Position numbers and translations under genes: made by a program. DNA of 31,395 bases from a virus. Lineage: Duplodnaviria; Caudoviricetes. The notes under the pieces are model-generated. The model did not search any database. It saw nothing but the letters and a program-made list of their open reading frames with translations, and had not been told where the DNA came from. Below are positions 17,501-23,014 of this stretch, piece by piece (the stretch's first letter is position 1; every line of letters starts with the position of its first letter). The stretch lies in the IMG/VR virus record IMGVR_UViG_3300045424_000079, positions 1-31,395 of that record, one strand, 5' to 3'.

Positions 17501-17520
17501 TGACCGTAGGAGTTAAATAA
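5515..17520 (+). CDS. Giant tape measure protein (4001 aa) with multiple embedded cargo domains
   Basis: Follows the frameshifted chaperone. N-terminal TP901-like TMP core (WAGRQLTVGLTVP...FLNAVENQT), hydrophobic segments and Ala-rich coiled coils. Internal kinase, OmpA-like and ART-like motifs. Confidence 0.92.
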   Translation: MADNIITTNITAHADFTSLRAQLAAVTAQLIKLQETTAGTNAKLANQIAVMNKSFATTLTSTGQFSQHFVSLSSDVDKFGKNLDRGRLKLNDYYNAWNGHTRKTSTLIRDLAKQQVMLQQAIVQPVGKNAQGQMQYNVMVAKGLDEIKNKMAIARQEAAIMNKVMLDGSNQLINWGKNTQWAGRQLTVGLTVPLVMFGSAAQKAFREADAELVRLTKVYGGLAATSSADLARVRKDVTDTAREIASSYGVAYKETIALAADLAATGQQGNDLIAATQQTTRLAVLGEVDRQDAMKATLAIQNAFKQSTDELAQSIDFLNAVENQTSTNLADLTEAIPKAGPVIKSLGGDVKDLALYLTAMKEGGVNAAEGANAIKSAMASLINPTKVATEQFAGFGIDLKGIVNDNAGDLTATILELQGALDKLNPLDKSRAIEQLFGKFQFARMSALFENLGKSGSQTLQVMDLMKASVTDLAAISERELKMMTESASGQFKRAWAAVQADLAAAGEQFLRISTTVLKVVDSIIRFFQKLPEPVKTLLNVLGGFTAIAGPLIMLAGVMGNFIGYVIKGIFHLRQLAKGGQGFKLLTPEIIAADAAAKGLATSFYSDTEATIVLSNAVNTLAESFKNLEIKANAAKVSVQPAVSTVAGGVIMAAGPAGRVVDKDNPLVGRPYSRDMSHLIPSGNPQDGTIFGTVPGAKPVNIRVGRNPQAYMDADLPKIPGLTSIGGTSTGIVAAEAAKWHAMTAAISMQSEAELKLLKAEVMATGTVTSSLSDSYQALLPEFSQITDLAAKETAAIVQQVQASKITVEQARARIISLNATVEAMLAETTRLTAAGMGRTANLTTVPLTSQPVVDPVTGKSNMKEMFHKGPTKAMVDRIARALGGVRTSGAGYNIETTKPKFAKGGFVPGTGNTDTYHTTAEPGSFVINKAATEKHLPLITNILGGKSYYAQEGGQVPVVLTPGEAVIPASFAKRNMPLMYELNGGPGNTSGSGMHETGGETAFERSHVSEASAADIKRVRATRGYANSVSVGRGIPIWMSRDANQETRSVGKGMTGPQLAKEFRKAIAAGRHPFEPWMTAAQGLGGDPRNNTQFNKVFNEMLKNLEKDTRVFGGKNGVMTFEKWFEKEVIGSKSFKDIRVGDRSFKSIFNSVLQPMGPRDGKPIAALETLVKSRTGLTTIENSKLAGLAKGMLGTFSGSSFNASRQRLAIMMSRAFLKRNSGGSIPGGTVERGRYGYGKPFFVGMPRSIKQVEAQRAARTAMERASTAVSESRFAKKPVTQYGELLSPTTGRSFPVAGVGGLYMKGDEKVFVKPVLDERAALAEMRATEIARDVHGLHAPKQKIVVMQDPTDPTGKRKLLALESKFDPSLAATDAKFTTDQYFRQLVASALRGDKDLGKGNLSGNVLSDVGPAGVFSAASGLRGYASMMPSVKEQAYINLLGRKGSGAKKFFAESTHQIPKGMTADEYHNRMLKEIESALPKLKQTVSRFDLNPEEKVVYEAMIKRLSDARGVNWKELHGIHSGLQISPEKQMTPAAIAKMVAADELKRRQSGHSASLSDNAFKTDANGFWLGGMVPDASGGDKALMQGDMFQHDVLRPGFRFGGLLEALTKGKAMHKIGAGFGKDSTGGWGVTSLQIGMAEKLFGSTGLTKRTQKILYDKFAAQLAKEMPYGYSKNAQGHLIKALEPDVMDSVIRSAASSTLSAPEGRKVLSTIDREILRKKFANWESKKDTPLTETLKQLVFGIEKREMGGPVNAGQPYIVGEKGPELFVPRNAGGIVPNGYATGGKIINGYNAGGIVAMLKQLALIIGLSEGAKFAGNKVGGTPGDMLSMVGQFLPFLIMGNAMPKGGGKGIGNMFPKATKPIGAAKAVEGVFVNGKPLMNATKYGTQLDKLTKSSNIFSKTLGMSLKMFTRFNLALGTLAVGGQYAWKKWQQHNEALRLNALGYGMTAEAASKAGLKFTNFNDKIKEAINNAKALREKNTLLYESMKGSGTPLKITIEEYKKLKKEVKENYSDQVALINQTGNNSEKQKALAIRLKEQLIAMGMSAEDAAKKIYTMYAASDFAPNAAAWTVRSQGFRDIKDTASAAAQAIEDLTTAMETNRDATEQANQLNTAMMALSTDVESRQAKALKEARKQANKDGTYLSTGDEKQIMLDQEQAAIDAINAKVENQVYLTKEVVDEMAKIDPAIRQIVNEQDTALSLWQKTRIQVKGYTGDLRSLNAQQTNDLYKLQIALGKSIEAANRAPGGALEKQYKELDKNKKLQAAYEKAARGQSVAQQISDRDKIASLQKQIDANNKLTESRLKALDAAKQEGDIAREIAKKQAEYDAALATGNIAGAQQASLDIQGYQSDLQYNAQKKSLEDSNILQNLPLQKLIEAIQGKQQGISDKAALASEKLGDLSTTITKQETAISDVNSAMLNWEIELLKQPEAERAKWKASKQSETMLAAVADAAKAAGIKLNGLKDLDFAKGLVEGIDKKLGAVSTIGIDGNVTIVLANGQQLNIGNGRGNGTKDTPFDLGKVGEGTNTISGATVANWGHSVLDKGPLGISQQLKGLAHEKGILPGQFFSVTDKDGKVSVFKMRDDGGLTRQNNPYKKADGGHIVGAGTATSDSIPAYLSNGEYVIKADSVKKYGVDHFDALNAGKYAQGGLINSGPQSEHKSSFGNGSTNVNVNMQGGKLMGPIEAWQEANKQVVKIEVPPITANFATNSYVLNKEQRLELQKIASDLLKHKLDSLVVEGHTDSVGKGKDNKILSQNRAKAIAEYLSKFVPGTGFIPVGYGEYRPLVPNSNAENKAKNRRAELILPDKYKTIYPEYKPEKHEYMLSKGRIEGSGAILSTNGQLIGTNGTLTSGGSMQSAINWGKLFKKVKKAIGFHTGGPVGHRHGRNLPKTKPSPTPSPTNRYMTVEEHRQLQGMNLENNGSASKPNGNASGMQPGDKWNNRHITQSVGKWLINSMNPVAPITNMLPKNIRDSMANPAYSVFGQPFEEIIAGSPTKGDWLNAALTFIPFGKIGSGIKAIPKTLKTIKQIPTAIKVGSKLKAGNFDDLINIGKSTAGKSRPSIMKAADGSVHYMKIMQDVMEGAFEVTGSTIAKRFKMPSTDNILGTWKNLSVILSKDFASKGMKTLEDAGAMLPHGFLDMDWLKANASMKSFGKMRAVSSILGHGDMHPGNLLLKGKKTLGAFDWGIIDNLTNPAETAWKAGSTLVGKQASQFTKGFSSVRKSIAKQGPEKFIDDILTKSGITDEGQLKVLRIVLERNVKSLLDLNIPGRFHKGGAVGHRHGRSLPKKKNWFQNYVSDLTQSQDEAQKLLSKSPLTSWMSADPLGAKSIFRNIAGQGRSGDTLNSILFPLNFLGMGSAKGAVVKPVGSMLGKITKPLTSMLSRIKDSRSVVKIKYPLDVAAPSAKMLGSAALRAAQQTPQGITNLLRSGLWKTFGATKLGQKALYKIPKIAGFRPYSPMGIGSVFKNTSDYVRRTGKSFFDDITNRPHSAPSRTGAPTGAKAWDDWADYSKIGKTNPQEAFGELFGLLSNLTKSVALKPIVKIGTKAKSKITSSIDAKRNSLKFFKQFIVPSKSSFNPKQAISNFLYRYTPYGSMKAKTLLKTGEREGSWSPSAVDPSSGPEMFETLKQLAMRPFYHGGIMPETLINRSTPGVLGNPVDDLFAAKHSMFGNLFDFDLFTTASKGMSASYSKTKNTVNVFSEEAGNIYEMFFKKLAGKRTLDLRGGEKSIWSQNKRAYAALEAFLAKAHGIETARLMLAGERIPGKAFSSLGRARDSFLQGENLRLAFTKLGPRGFKYIIDTLVHEGGRNTNSVSHPVIASLAPQRVVSGFKKILDGTDLGFFDSLNLNKVNFSRVTSELEKTLTEIVTRSVDQKDKLGKVLPFLKAGHFANGGIAGSRYNIPKFETGINSVPADMLAMLHKNEAVVPANMNPFNPNANNATMGGATYNITNNINGFDGDINQLSNIVTQKTITAIKTLDSRNSKMTGSSMTVGVK
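9367..10100 (+). other. HipA/PI3-4-kinase-like domain 1 inside TMP
   Basis: Gly loop GVGGLY, VFVK (K 9454), alphaC Glu (9487), LALESKF, catalytic-like DKDLGKGN (9697-9720), DVG (9742). Confidence 0.6.
13633..13944 (+). other. OmpA-like C-terminal (peptidoglycan-binding) domain inside TMP
   Basis: Full signature F..NS..L...VEGHTDSVG...N..LS.NRA.AI..YL...GYGE.RP..PN......NRRAEL. Confidence 0.92.
14152..15393 (+). repeat. Two copies of a 17-codon cassette header FHxGGxVGHRHGRxLPK (14152-14202 and 15343-15393)
   Basis: 14/17 aa and 38/51 nt identical by direct comparison. Confidence 0.9.
14680..15330 (+). other. HipA/PI3-4-kinase-like domain 2 inside TMP
   Basis: GKSRP, HYMK (K 14752), Glu (14785), ILSKDF, canonical DMHPGN (15028-15045), DWG (15082). 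Confidence 0.8.
16435..17013 (+). other. ADP-ribosyltransferase-like domain (ART-PolyVal-like) inside TMP
   Basis: FYHG...LFTTASKGMSASYS...GNIYE...TLDL...DTLVHEGG...HPVIASLAP, matching the YHG / YTT....A..Y / G.IY / D.I.H.GG..H.V...P pattern. Confidence 0.55.
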
Positions 17521-18209
17521 TGGCAGTTCTAGCATTACCAATTGGGGCCCTAATATCATTTGAAAATACTGCAGTTACTCCTGTAGTTTGGCAGGCACTG
17601 AGTGAGCACAATAGAGCAAGTGCCACCCTAGATGTACAAAGAATTGAAAAAACTCAAAGAATGTCAAATGGAACATTAAGAAAGATATTCATTACTGATA
17701 AGCAAATGCTATCTGTAAGCTGGTCAGCACTACCAAGCTATTCTAGTATGACAGTAGATGGCAACTGGGGAGCAATGGACATTAAAGATTTTTATACTGG
17801 CGCATCGGGTCAGGGCACAGTCAAGGTAAAGATTTCACCAAATGGATCGGCTGAAAAAGAAAAAACAATGATAATGTCATTTACCTCATGTAGTTTTACG
17901 GTAACAAAAAGAAATGTAAGGATTGGTGGAGTGTTTAAAAATTCAAGCATAACTGCCATATCGTATGCGGCTGGAGTAACAACATATACAGGTAAAAATA
18001 GTTTTGCGGTTGGAAATAAAGTTAAGGTATCAGGAGCGACATTTGCAGCGTATAATGGAGTATTTACTGTAACAGCAGCAACATCAACATCATTTACTGT
18101 TGCAGGAACTATAGCTGGAACACCTGCCTCATCTACAGCATCCGCCATCACAGTTCTGCCAGATGCACAAGAATTCTGGGATGTATCTATAGCACTGGAA
18201 GAAGTTTAA
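17520..18209 (+). CDS. Distal tail (Dit-like) protein with inserted beta-rich domain
   Basis: First gene after the TMP (TAATG overlap). RMSNGTLRK...SVSWSALP and terminal WDVSIALEEV are Dit-like. Thr/Ala-rich insert at about 17922-18167. Confidence 0.65.
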   Translation: MAVLALPIGALISFENTAVTPVVWQALSEHNRASATLDVQRIEKTQRMSNGTLRKIFITDKQMLSVSWSALPSYSSMTVDGNWGAMDIKDFYTGASGQGTVKVKISPNGSAEKEKTMIMSFTSCSFTVTKRNVRIGGVFKNSSITAISYAAGVTTYTGKNSFAVGNKVKVSGATFAAYNGVFTVTAATSTSFTVAGTIAGTPASSTASAITVLPDAQEFWDVSIALEEV

Positions 18210-21200
18210 TGATTACGGGATCACCAGGGCTACTTAGCTATATAAATACGTCCCAGTCATTTAAGATGACTAATGGATGTACATTTGAATATAACATGAA
18301 TGATTTGATTGATGGCGTTACCATGCGTGGTCCCAACGGAACAGCAGAAAATCCTGCAGGTGACTTACAGGTAACAAAAACAGATTCTTATGGGAATACA
18401 TATCGACCATTTGAAAAGCTATTTCCAATAACTAGCATAATAGATCCAAGAAGGCCAAAGTTTTCTGGGATTCAATACATGATTGATGGAGATAGAAGCG
18501 TAAGAGCAAACCTAGAAAGCGGAATAGGGTCCAAGCAATCATATGCCTCGTCAAGTTCTTTTAATAAAAGATTATACTTTTCAAGTACGCAATTACCATA
18601 TAAATATTGGGTATCCCCATCTGTAGTTCTCAGTCCAACTGGTGACACATCTTTAACTAATTGCACATTGACAGTCGAGTATCCAATTTTAAAAACAGCG
18701 GCAGCAAATAAAATAGTTGTTAAATTTGAAACCTCTCATTCAATACCAACAGAATGGAGCCTAGAAGCAACAGATAAAGATGGCACTAAAACAACAATCT
18801 ACAATGGAACATCTGCTGGTATTGTTAACGGAGTCATTAACATATACTACAATGGCCTTCCTACATGGACAACTGTCGAAGCTGATCTAGATACTCAAAA
18901 GTCTATTGACATACATAAATTAAAATTAGAAGTAAAAAAGATTAGTGTACCAACATCAACCACAGTAGATACAAGCACTGCTCCAAAATTAGGATTTCTT
19001 GGAATGGTTGAGCTGTCAGCAAGATATGTTATTGATATAAGCGACAGAGTAGAATCATTTAATATATCTGCAAACTCATCTGACAAGGTTGACGGGCTTG
19101 TTCCAGTTGGAGATGTTACTGCAAACTCAATGAGAATTTCAATAAATGCTTATGACAAAGCATATGAAAATTATGATAAAGTTAATTCATTTAATAAGAA
19201 TAAAATTAATTTATATAAAAATGTTATTGTAAAGCCCTATGTAAGAGTAGACATGGAAATAATTAAACTAGGAACTTTCTACATAGATTCTTATAGTGCT
19301 GACGAATTCGGGCTAGTCGATATAATGTCATTGGACGGGGCCAGAGAGCTTCAGTATATAAAGCCACCAGACATAGTTACATCAGACATGTCTTCAGTTG
19401 CAATAATAAGAAGGCTGTTAGATTCAATTGGCTTTACAAATTATCAATTTAATTTATCTGATGACGACACATCTACGATAACGCCTTTTCATTGGTATAC
19501 AGACAAGGAAAAAACTGTATGGCAACACATACAGGATTTATGTAAAGATACTCAAACAGTAGCAATTTTTGATCATAACGATATCTTGCAGTTTTACCCT
19601 AGAGATAAAATATTTGCAAAAGATAATCCAATTCAGGCTTCTTTCAGGTACTCAACAAAATACTCGGGCTCTGTTGCAAATTTAGCAAACATATCTTCTT
19701 TGTCTATTGACAATGTCCCATCAGTAAAAGCAATTAAAGTTTTATATAGTCCGCAGCTAAGCTCATCTTATTTAGTAAACGCTGACAATCTGTATACATC
19801 CCCAGTGGTAACATTGGGTGCAGCAGCTTTAACAGACGATCTTCTACCAGTAGCTCCAAAATGGAACGAGGATAAGCCAGACCTATATGCAAAAGATGGA
19901 GTTATAAGATTACAGCCAGTTGTTATATCAGGACAAGAAAAACAATTTTATTCATTTACTGGATACTTAGTTGTAGAAAAAGAAATTATTGAATACGATG
20001 CAATATTGTATGAATTTATTCCGCTAGGCGCAGAAGCATCCGAATCAAAATGGATAACTTCTGAAACCGATATTCAAAAATACCAAGGCCTAGCTAAGCC
20101 AAATACATTTAAACCAACTGGTATTTATAGAATAAAAGCTAGAAATGTTTTTGAAGTAGTTAAGCCTACGGATACAGAATCTTTAACCCACAAAGTAAAC
20201 TTAGATTTGCTTACAAATGAATGGGAAGGCAGAAAATGGACATCAACTGCAGGAACATTTGGCGCTAAAGATAATTCTATATTCACATTGGCCGAGGTGT
20301 TAGTAAAAAAAGATGACAAGGGCAATATTATAAAAGATCCAAAAAATCTTTTAAACTCTATACCAAGATCAATGATGACAATCTTTGCACCCCTGCATAC
20401 AGAAAAGCCAAATGAAGATCCGTCAAAACCAAATGTAATTACTCCAAACGAGATATATTCAATAGTAACCCAGAATGCAAAATTTTTAGGAACAGTAACT
20501 GCAGATAGCAATGACAGCTTTGCAATTGGAACAAATATGTATTTCCCATTATTAGTTGATGAAGTATCTCAAAAGGCAACTGGTAATCAAAAAACAATAT
20601 CTGGCATTGCATTCTCTTTAAATGCAGATAATACAAGTGGATATATGTTGACAATAGGAACCTCTCAAAATGCAACGGTAGATAAGAGTTATAGAGATGT
20701 TAATTTTTATAAAATAGTTGCAGGTAAGCCTGTAAAAATGACAACATCTCAAAAAGAAACAGATGGAACAATTATAACTAACATAAATGGTGGAGAGCTT
20801 TATAGAATTGACATAAAGGCAAACTGGTCAAAACCAACTGGGCAAACAAAAAAAGCCCTAGCTTTAAAGATATCAATTAATAATTCAGTTATTGCTGTAA
20901 TTGATACCGACCCGCTAGTCATAACAGAAAAGATTGGGCTGCTTTCATTACAAGGAATATCTGCATTTGATTATGTATATACAACATCAATTGCAAAAGA
21001 AGAGTTTCTTTCAAAAGACGAGTACAATTTATATAAAGGTTTTCTTGGCGGAGCCTCTTCTGTAATAAAAACTTTTGGTGACTTTATATTTAATAAAGGG
21101 GCAACGATAGCTACCGTATCATGGCTTAGAGAGTTTGGCCCAGTAGCTAGAGAATTAAGAAGAATTAAAGCAAGATATGCAACCCCTGGATTTCCAAGAT

Positions 21201-21721
21201 ATACTCAGCTAGTAAATAATGATGATGTAACTGTTGTTGGAACAGCTCTTGATCCGTTTACGATGGACACCTTTGTTTTAAATAACACTGGAGCATTTAC
21301 ATCACTTGCTAATGGAGAAGAAAAGCAATTTATTGTAGTTGGAGACTTTATAACTCCATCGGACCAGTTTGAATATATTGATCCTACCCTAACTGATGAA
21401 GATAAAAAGGAGCAGGTTGCGTTTGACTCTACATGGATCCAAAGAGAAGATGAGGCAAAAGCCCTTGCAAAATGGATGACAAATCAATGGTCAAAGCAAC
21501 AAAAGGTTTTGACTCTTCAAACTTTTGTTAACCCGCTATTGCAGGTGGGAGATGTTATTGAGATATCCTACCCAGATAATAAGATATACTCCTCAGAAGA
21601 TGTTGGTATACCAACTGGATATTCCGCAAGCAAATTTGTCATATTGTCACTGGATAATACGTATGACTCAGCCTCCCCCCCAACAACAAGTATAGTTTGT
21701 AGATCGATTTATACTGGATGA
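18209..21721 (+). CDS. Large minor tail / baseplate hub (Tal-like) protein
   Basis: 1170 aa. TVWQHIQDLC...FDHNDILQF and C-terminal STWIQ..DEA..LA.W...NPLLQVGDVI are hub-type motifs. Confidence 0.7.
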   Translation: MITGSPGLLSYINTSQSFKMTNGCTFEYNMNDLIDGVTMRGPNGTAENPAGDLQVTKTDSYGNTYRPFEKLFPITSIIDPRRPKFSGIQYMIDGDRSVRANLESGIGSKQSYASSSSFNKRLYFSSTQLPYKYWVSPSVVLSPTGDTSLTNCTLTVEYPILKTAAANKIVVKFETSHSIPTEWSLEATDKDGTKTTIYNGTSAGIVNGVINIYYNGLPTWTTVEADLDTQKSIDIHKLKLEVKKISVPTSTTVDTSTAPKLGFLGMVELSARYVIDISDRVESFNISANSSDKVDGLVPVGDVTANSMRISINAYDKAYENYDKVNSFNKNKINLYKNVIVKPYVRVDMEIIKLGTFYIDSYSADEFGLVDIMSLDGARELQYIKPPDIVTSDMSSVAIIRRLLDSIGFTNYQFNLSDDDTSTITPFHWYTDKEKTVWQHIQDLCKDTQTVAIFDHNDILQFYPRDKIFAKDNPIQASFRYSTKYSGSVANLANISSLSIDNVPSVKAIKVLYSPQLSSSYLVNADNLYTSPVVTLGAAALTDDLLPVAPKWNEDKPDLYAKDGVIRLQPVVISGQEKQFYSFTGYLVVEKEIIEYDAILYEFIPLGAEASESKWITSETDIQKYQGLAKPNTFKPTGIYRIKARNVFEVVKPTDTESLTHKVNLDLLTNEWEGRKWTSTAGTFGAKDNSIFTLAEVLVKKDDKGNIIKDPKNLLNSIPRSMMTIFAPLHTEKPNEDPSKPNVITPNEIYSIVTQNAKFLGTVTADSNDSFAIGTNMYFPLLVDEVSQKATGNQKTISGIAFSLNADNTSGYMLTIGTSQNATVDKSYRDVNFYKIVAGKPVKMTTSQKETDGTIITNINGGELYRIDIKANWSKPTGQTKKALALKISINNSVIAVIDTDPLVITEKIGLLSLQGISAFDYVYTTSIAKEEFLSKDEYNLYKGFLGGASSVIKTFGDFIFNKGATIATVSWLREFGPVARELRRIKARYATPGFPRYTQLVNNDDVTVVGTALDPFTMDTFVLNNTGAFTSLANGEEKQFIVVGDFITPSDQFEYIDPTLTDEDKKEQVAFDSTWIQREDEAKALAKWMTNQWSKQQKVLTLQTFVNPLLQVGDVIEISYPDNKIYSSEDVGIPTGYSASKFVILSLDNTYDSASPPTTSIVCRSIYTG

Positions 21722-21723
21722 AA

Positions 21724-21741
21724 TGGTAGAATGTAAATATG
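21724..21741 (+). promoter_or_regulatory. Extended -10 promoter probably giving a leaderless mRNA
   Basis: TGG-TAGAAT (21724-21732), with ATG 6 nt downstream (21739) and no Shine-Dalgarno. Confidence 0.5.
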
Positions 21742-22074
21742 AGTTATAACATTAGACAGACATCTTCGTCAACGGCAAAGCCTCAAAAGCTTTTCCTTTT
21801 TCCAGGTGACCCATTAATTGATGTCCTGAAGCCAGACTACTATGTAATAGTATCTCCATCTTCTTTTGATCAAGGGGTGGTCTCTGGTGATAACGATGAA
21901 CCAGTTGATCCGCCACTACCAAACGAATTTGAGCCTCCAAATCTTGAGGATATTACATTAGTAAGTAAAAAGCTTATTACGGATAAAAATAAAAATCAGT
22001 ATATCGAGTTTATTTTTAACATTAAAAATCACGTAGGAGATCAAGTTGTGGGGGTAAATGCATATGGACAGTAA
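21739..22074 (+). CDS. Hypothetical tail-module protein
   Basis: 111 aa with an acidic/Pro-rich linker; within the tail operon. Confidence 0.6.
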   Translation: MSYNIRQTSSSTAKPQKLFLFPGDPLIDVLKPDYYVIVSPSSFDQGVVSGDNDEPVDPPLPNEFEPPNLEDITLVSKKLITDKNKNQYIEFIFNIKNHVGDQVVGVNAYGQ

Positions 22075-23014
22075 AATTTCTGGAGAGTATATCTTTTATG
22101 AAGACGGAAAAGAAATTGCAAGATCTAAAAATATTTTAACTAAGTTTGGGAAAAGGTATATAACTCAATACTTAGCTGGCCAATCGCCAACTTCATCTAA
22201 AGACATTGCTTTGGGCATAGGCTCCACCCCAGCCACAGTAAATGATACACAGTTAAATTTTGAATTTTATAGGTCGGAAGTAAATATTGCAAGCGTTGAC
22301 ATTCAGACAAACCAAACGACTGGAGAAAGTACATATGGCGTTGTATATAAAACAACCATACCAGTAGATGTTTCTGGAATAATAAATGAGGTTGGCCTAT
22401 TCCCAAGCATAACTCTTGGAACAACCGACTTTGGAAGCAGAGCTATATCTTCTTTTGAGGACAATCAGTCCTGGATAGATTCTTCTGGAAATTATCCAAG
22501 CCTAGTGACCGTCTCTTCTCCAAAAATAGGTCCATACTATATGTCAATTGGGGCAGCATCTTCACAATCAAAAAATTATTTTTATGATTTCAACTTAGAT
22601 ATATCTGGGTATAGCGCAAATGATAGTATGACATTGGCCTACCATCAAAGTGATTTAAACTTAGACTATGTATTTCTTAGAACCTACGATTCAAATAATA
22701 ACTACTACGAGATAAGATACCCAGCAGAAAATACTATAGGGTACAAAGTAAAGTCTTTAAGTCTGAGCAGCCTGTATAGTAGTGGGTTTACGTCAGGCAT
22801 CCCTGATAAAACATCTATTGTAAAAATATCTGTAGGGGTTAAAGCAAAAAGCTCTGGCGCAACAACTGTTTTATTTGATGGCCTTAGAATAAATGACGAA
22901 GATACATTTAGAGTTCATTATGGAATGATAAGCAGATCAGTTCTTGCTAATGTGATTACAAAATCTCTTGGAAAACAAATGGACATAGAGTATAGACTAG
23001 GACTGTCATTTTAA
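22058..23014 (+). CDS. Minor tail protein
   Basis: 318 aa. N-terminal NILTKFGKRYI...IALG.G...DTQLNFE.YR...INEVGL resembles tail-collar/baseplate attachment domains; central beta-sandwich-like region. Confidence 0.6.
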   Translation: MHMDSKISGEYIFYEDGKEIARSKNILTKFGKRYITQYLAGQSPTSSKDIALGIGSTPATVNDTQLNFEFYRSEVNIASVDIQTNQTTGESTYGVVYKTTIPVDVSGIINEVGLFPSITLGTTDFGSRAISSFEDNQSWIDSSGNYPSLVTVSSPKIGPYYMSIGAASSQSKNYFYDFNLDISGYSANDSMTLAYHQSDLNLDYVFLRTYDSNNNYYEIRYPAENTIGYKVKSLSLSSLYSSGFTSGIPDKTSIVKISVGVKAKSSGATTVLFDGLRINDEDTFRVHYGMISRSVLANVITKSLGKQMDIEYRLGLSF

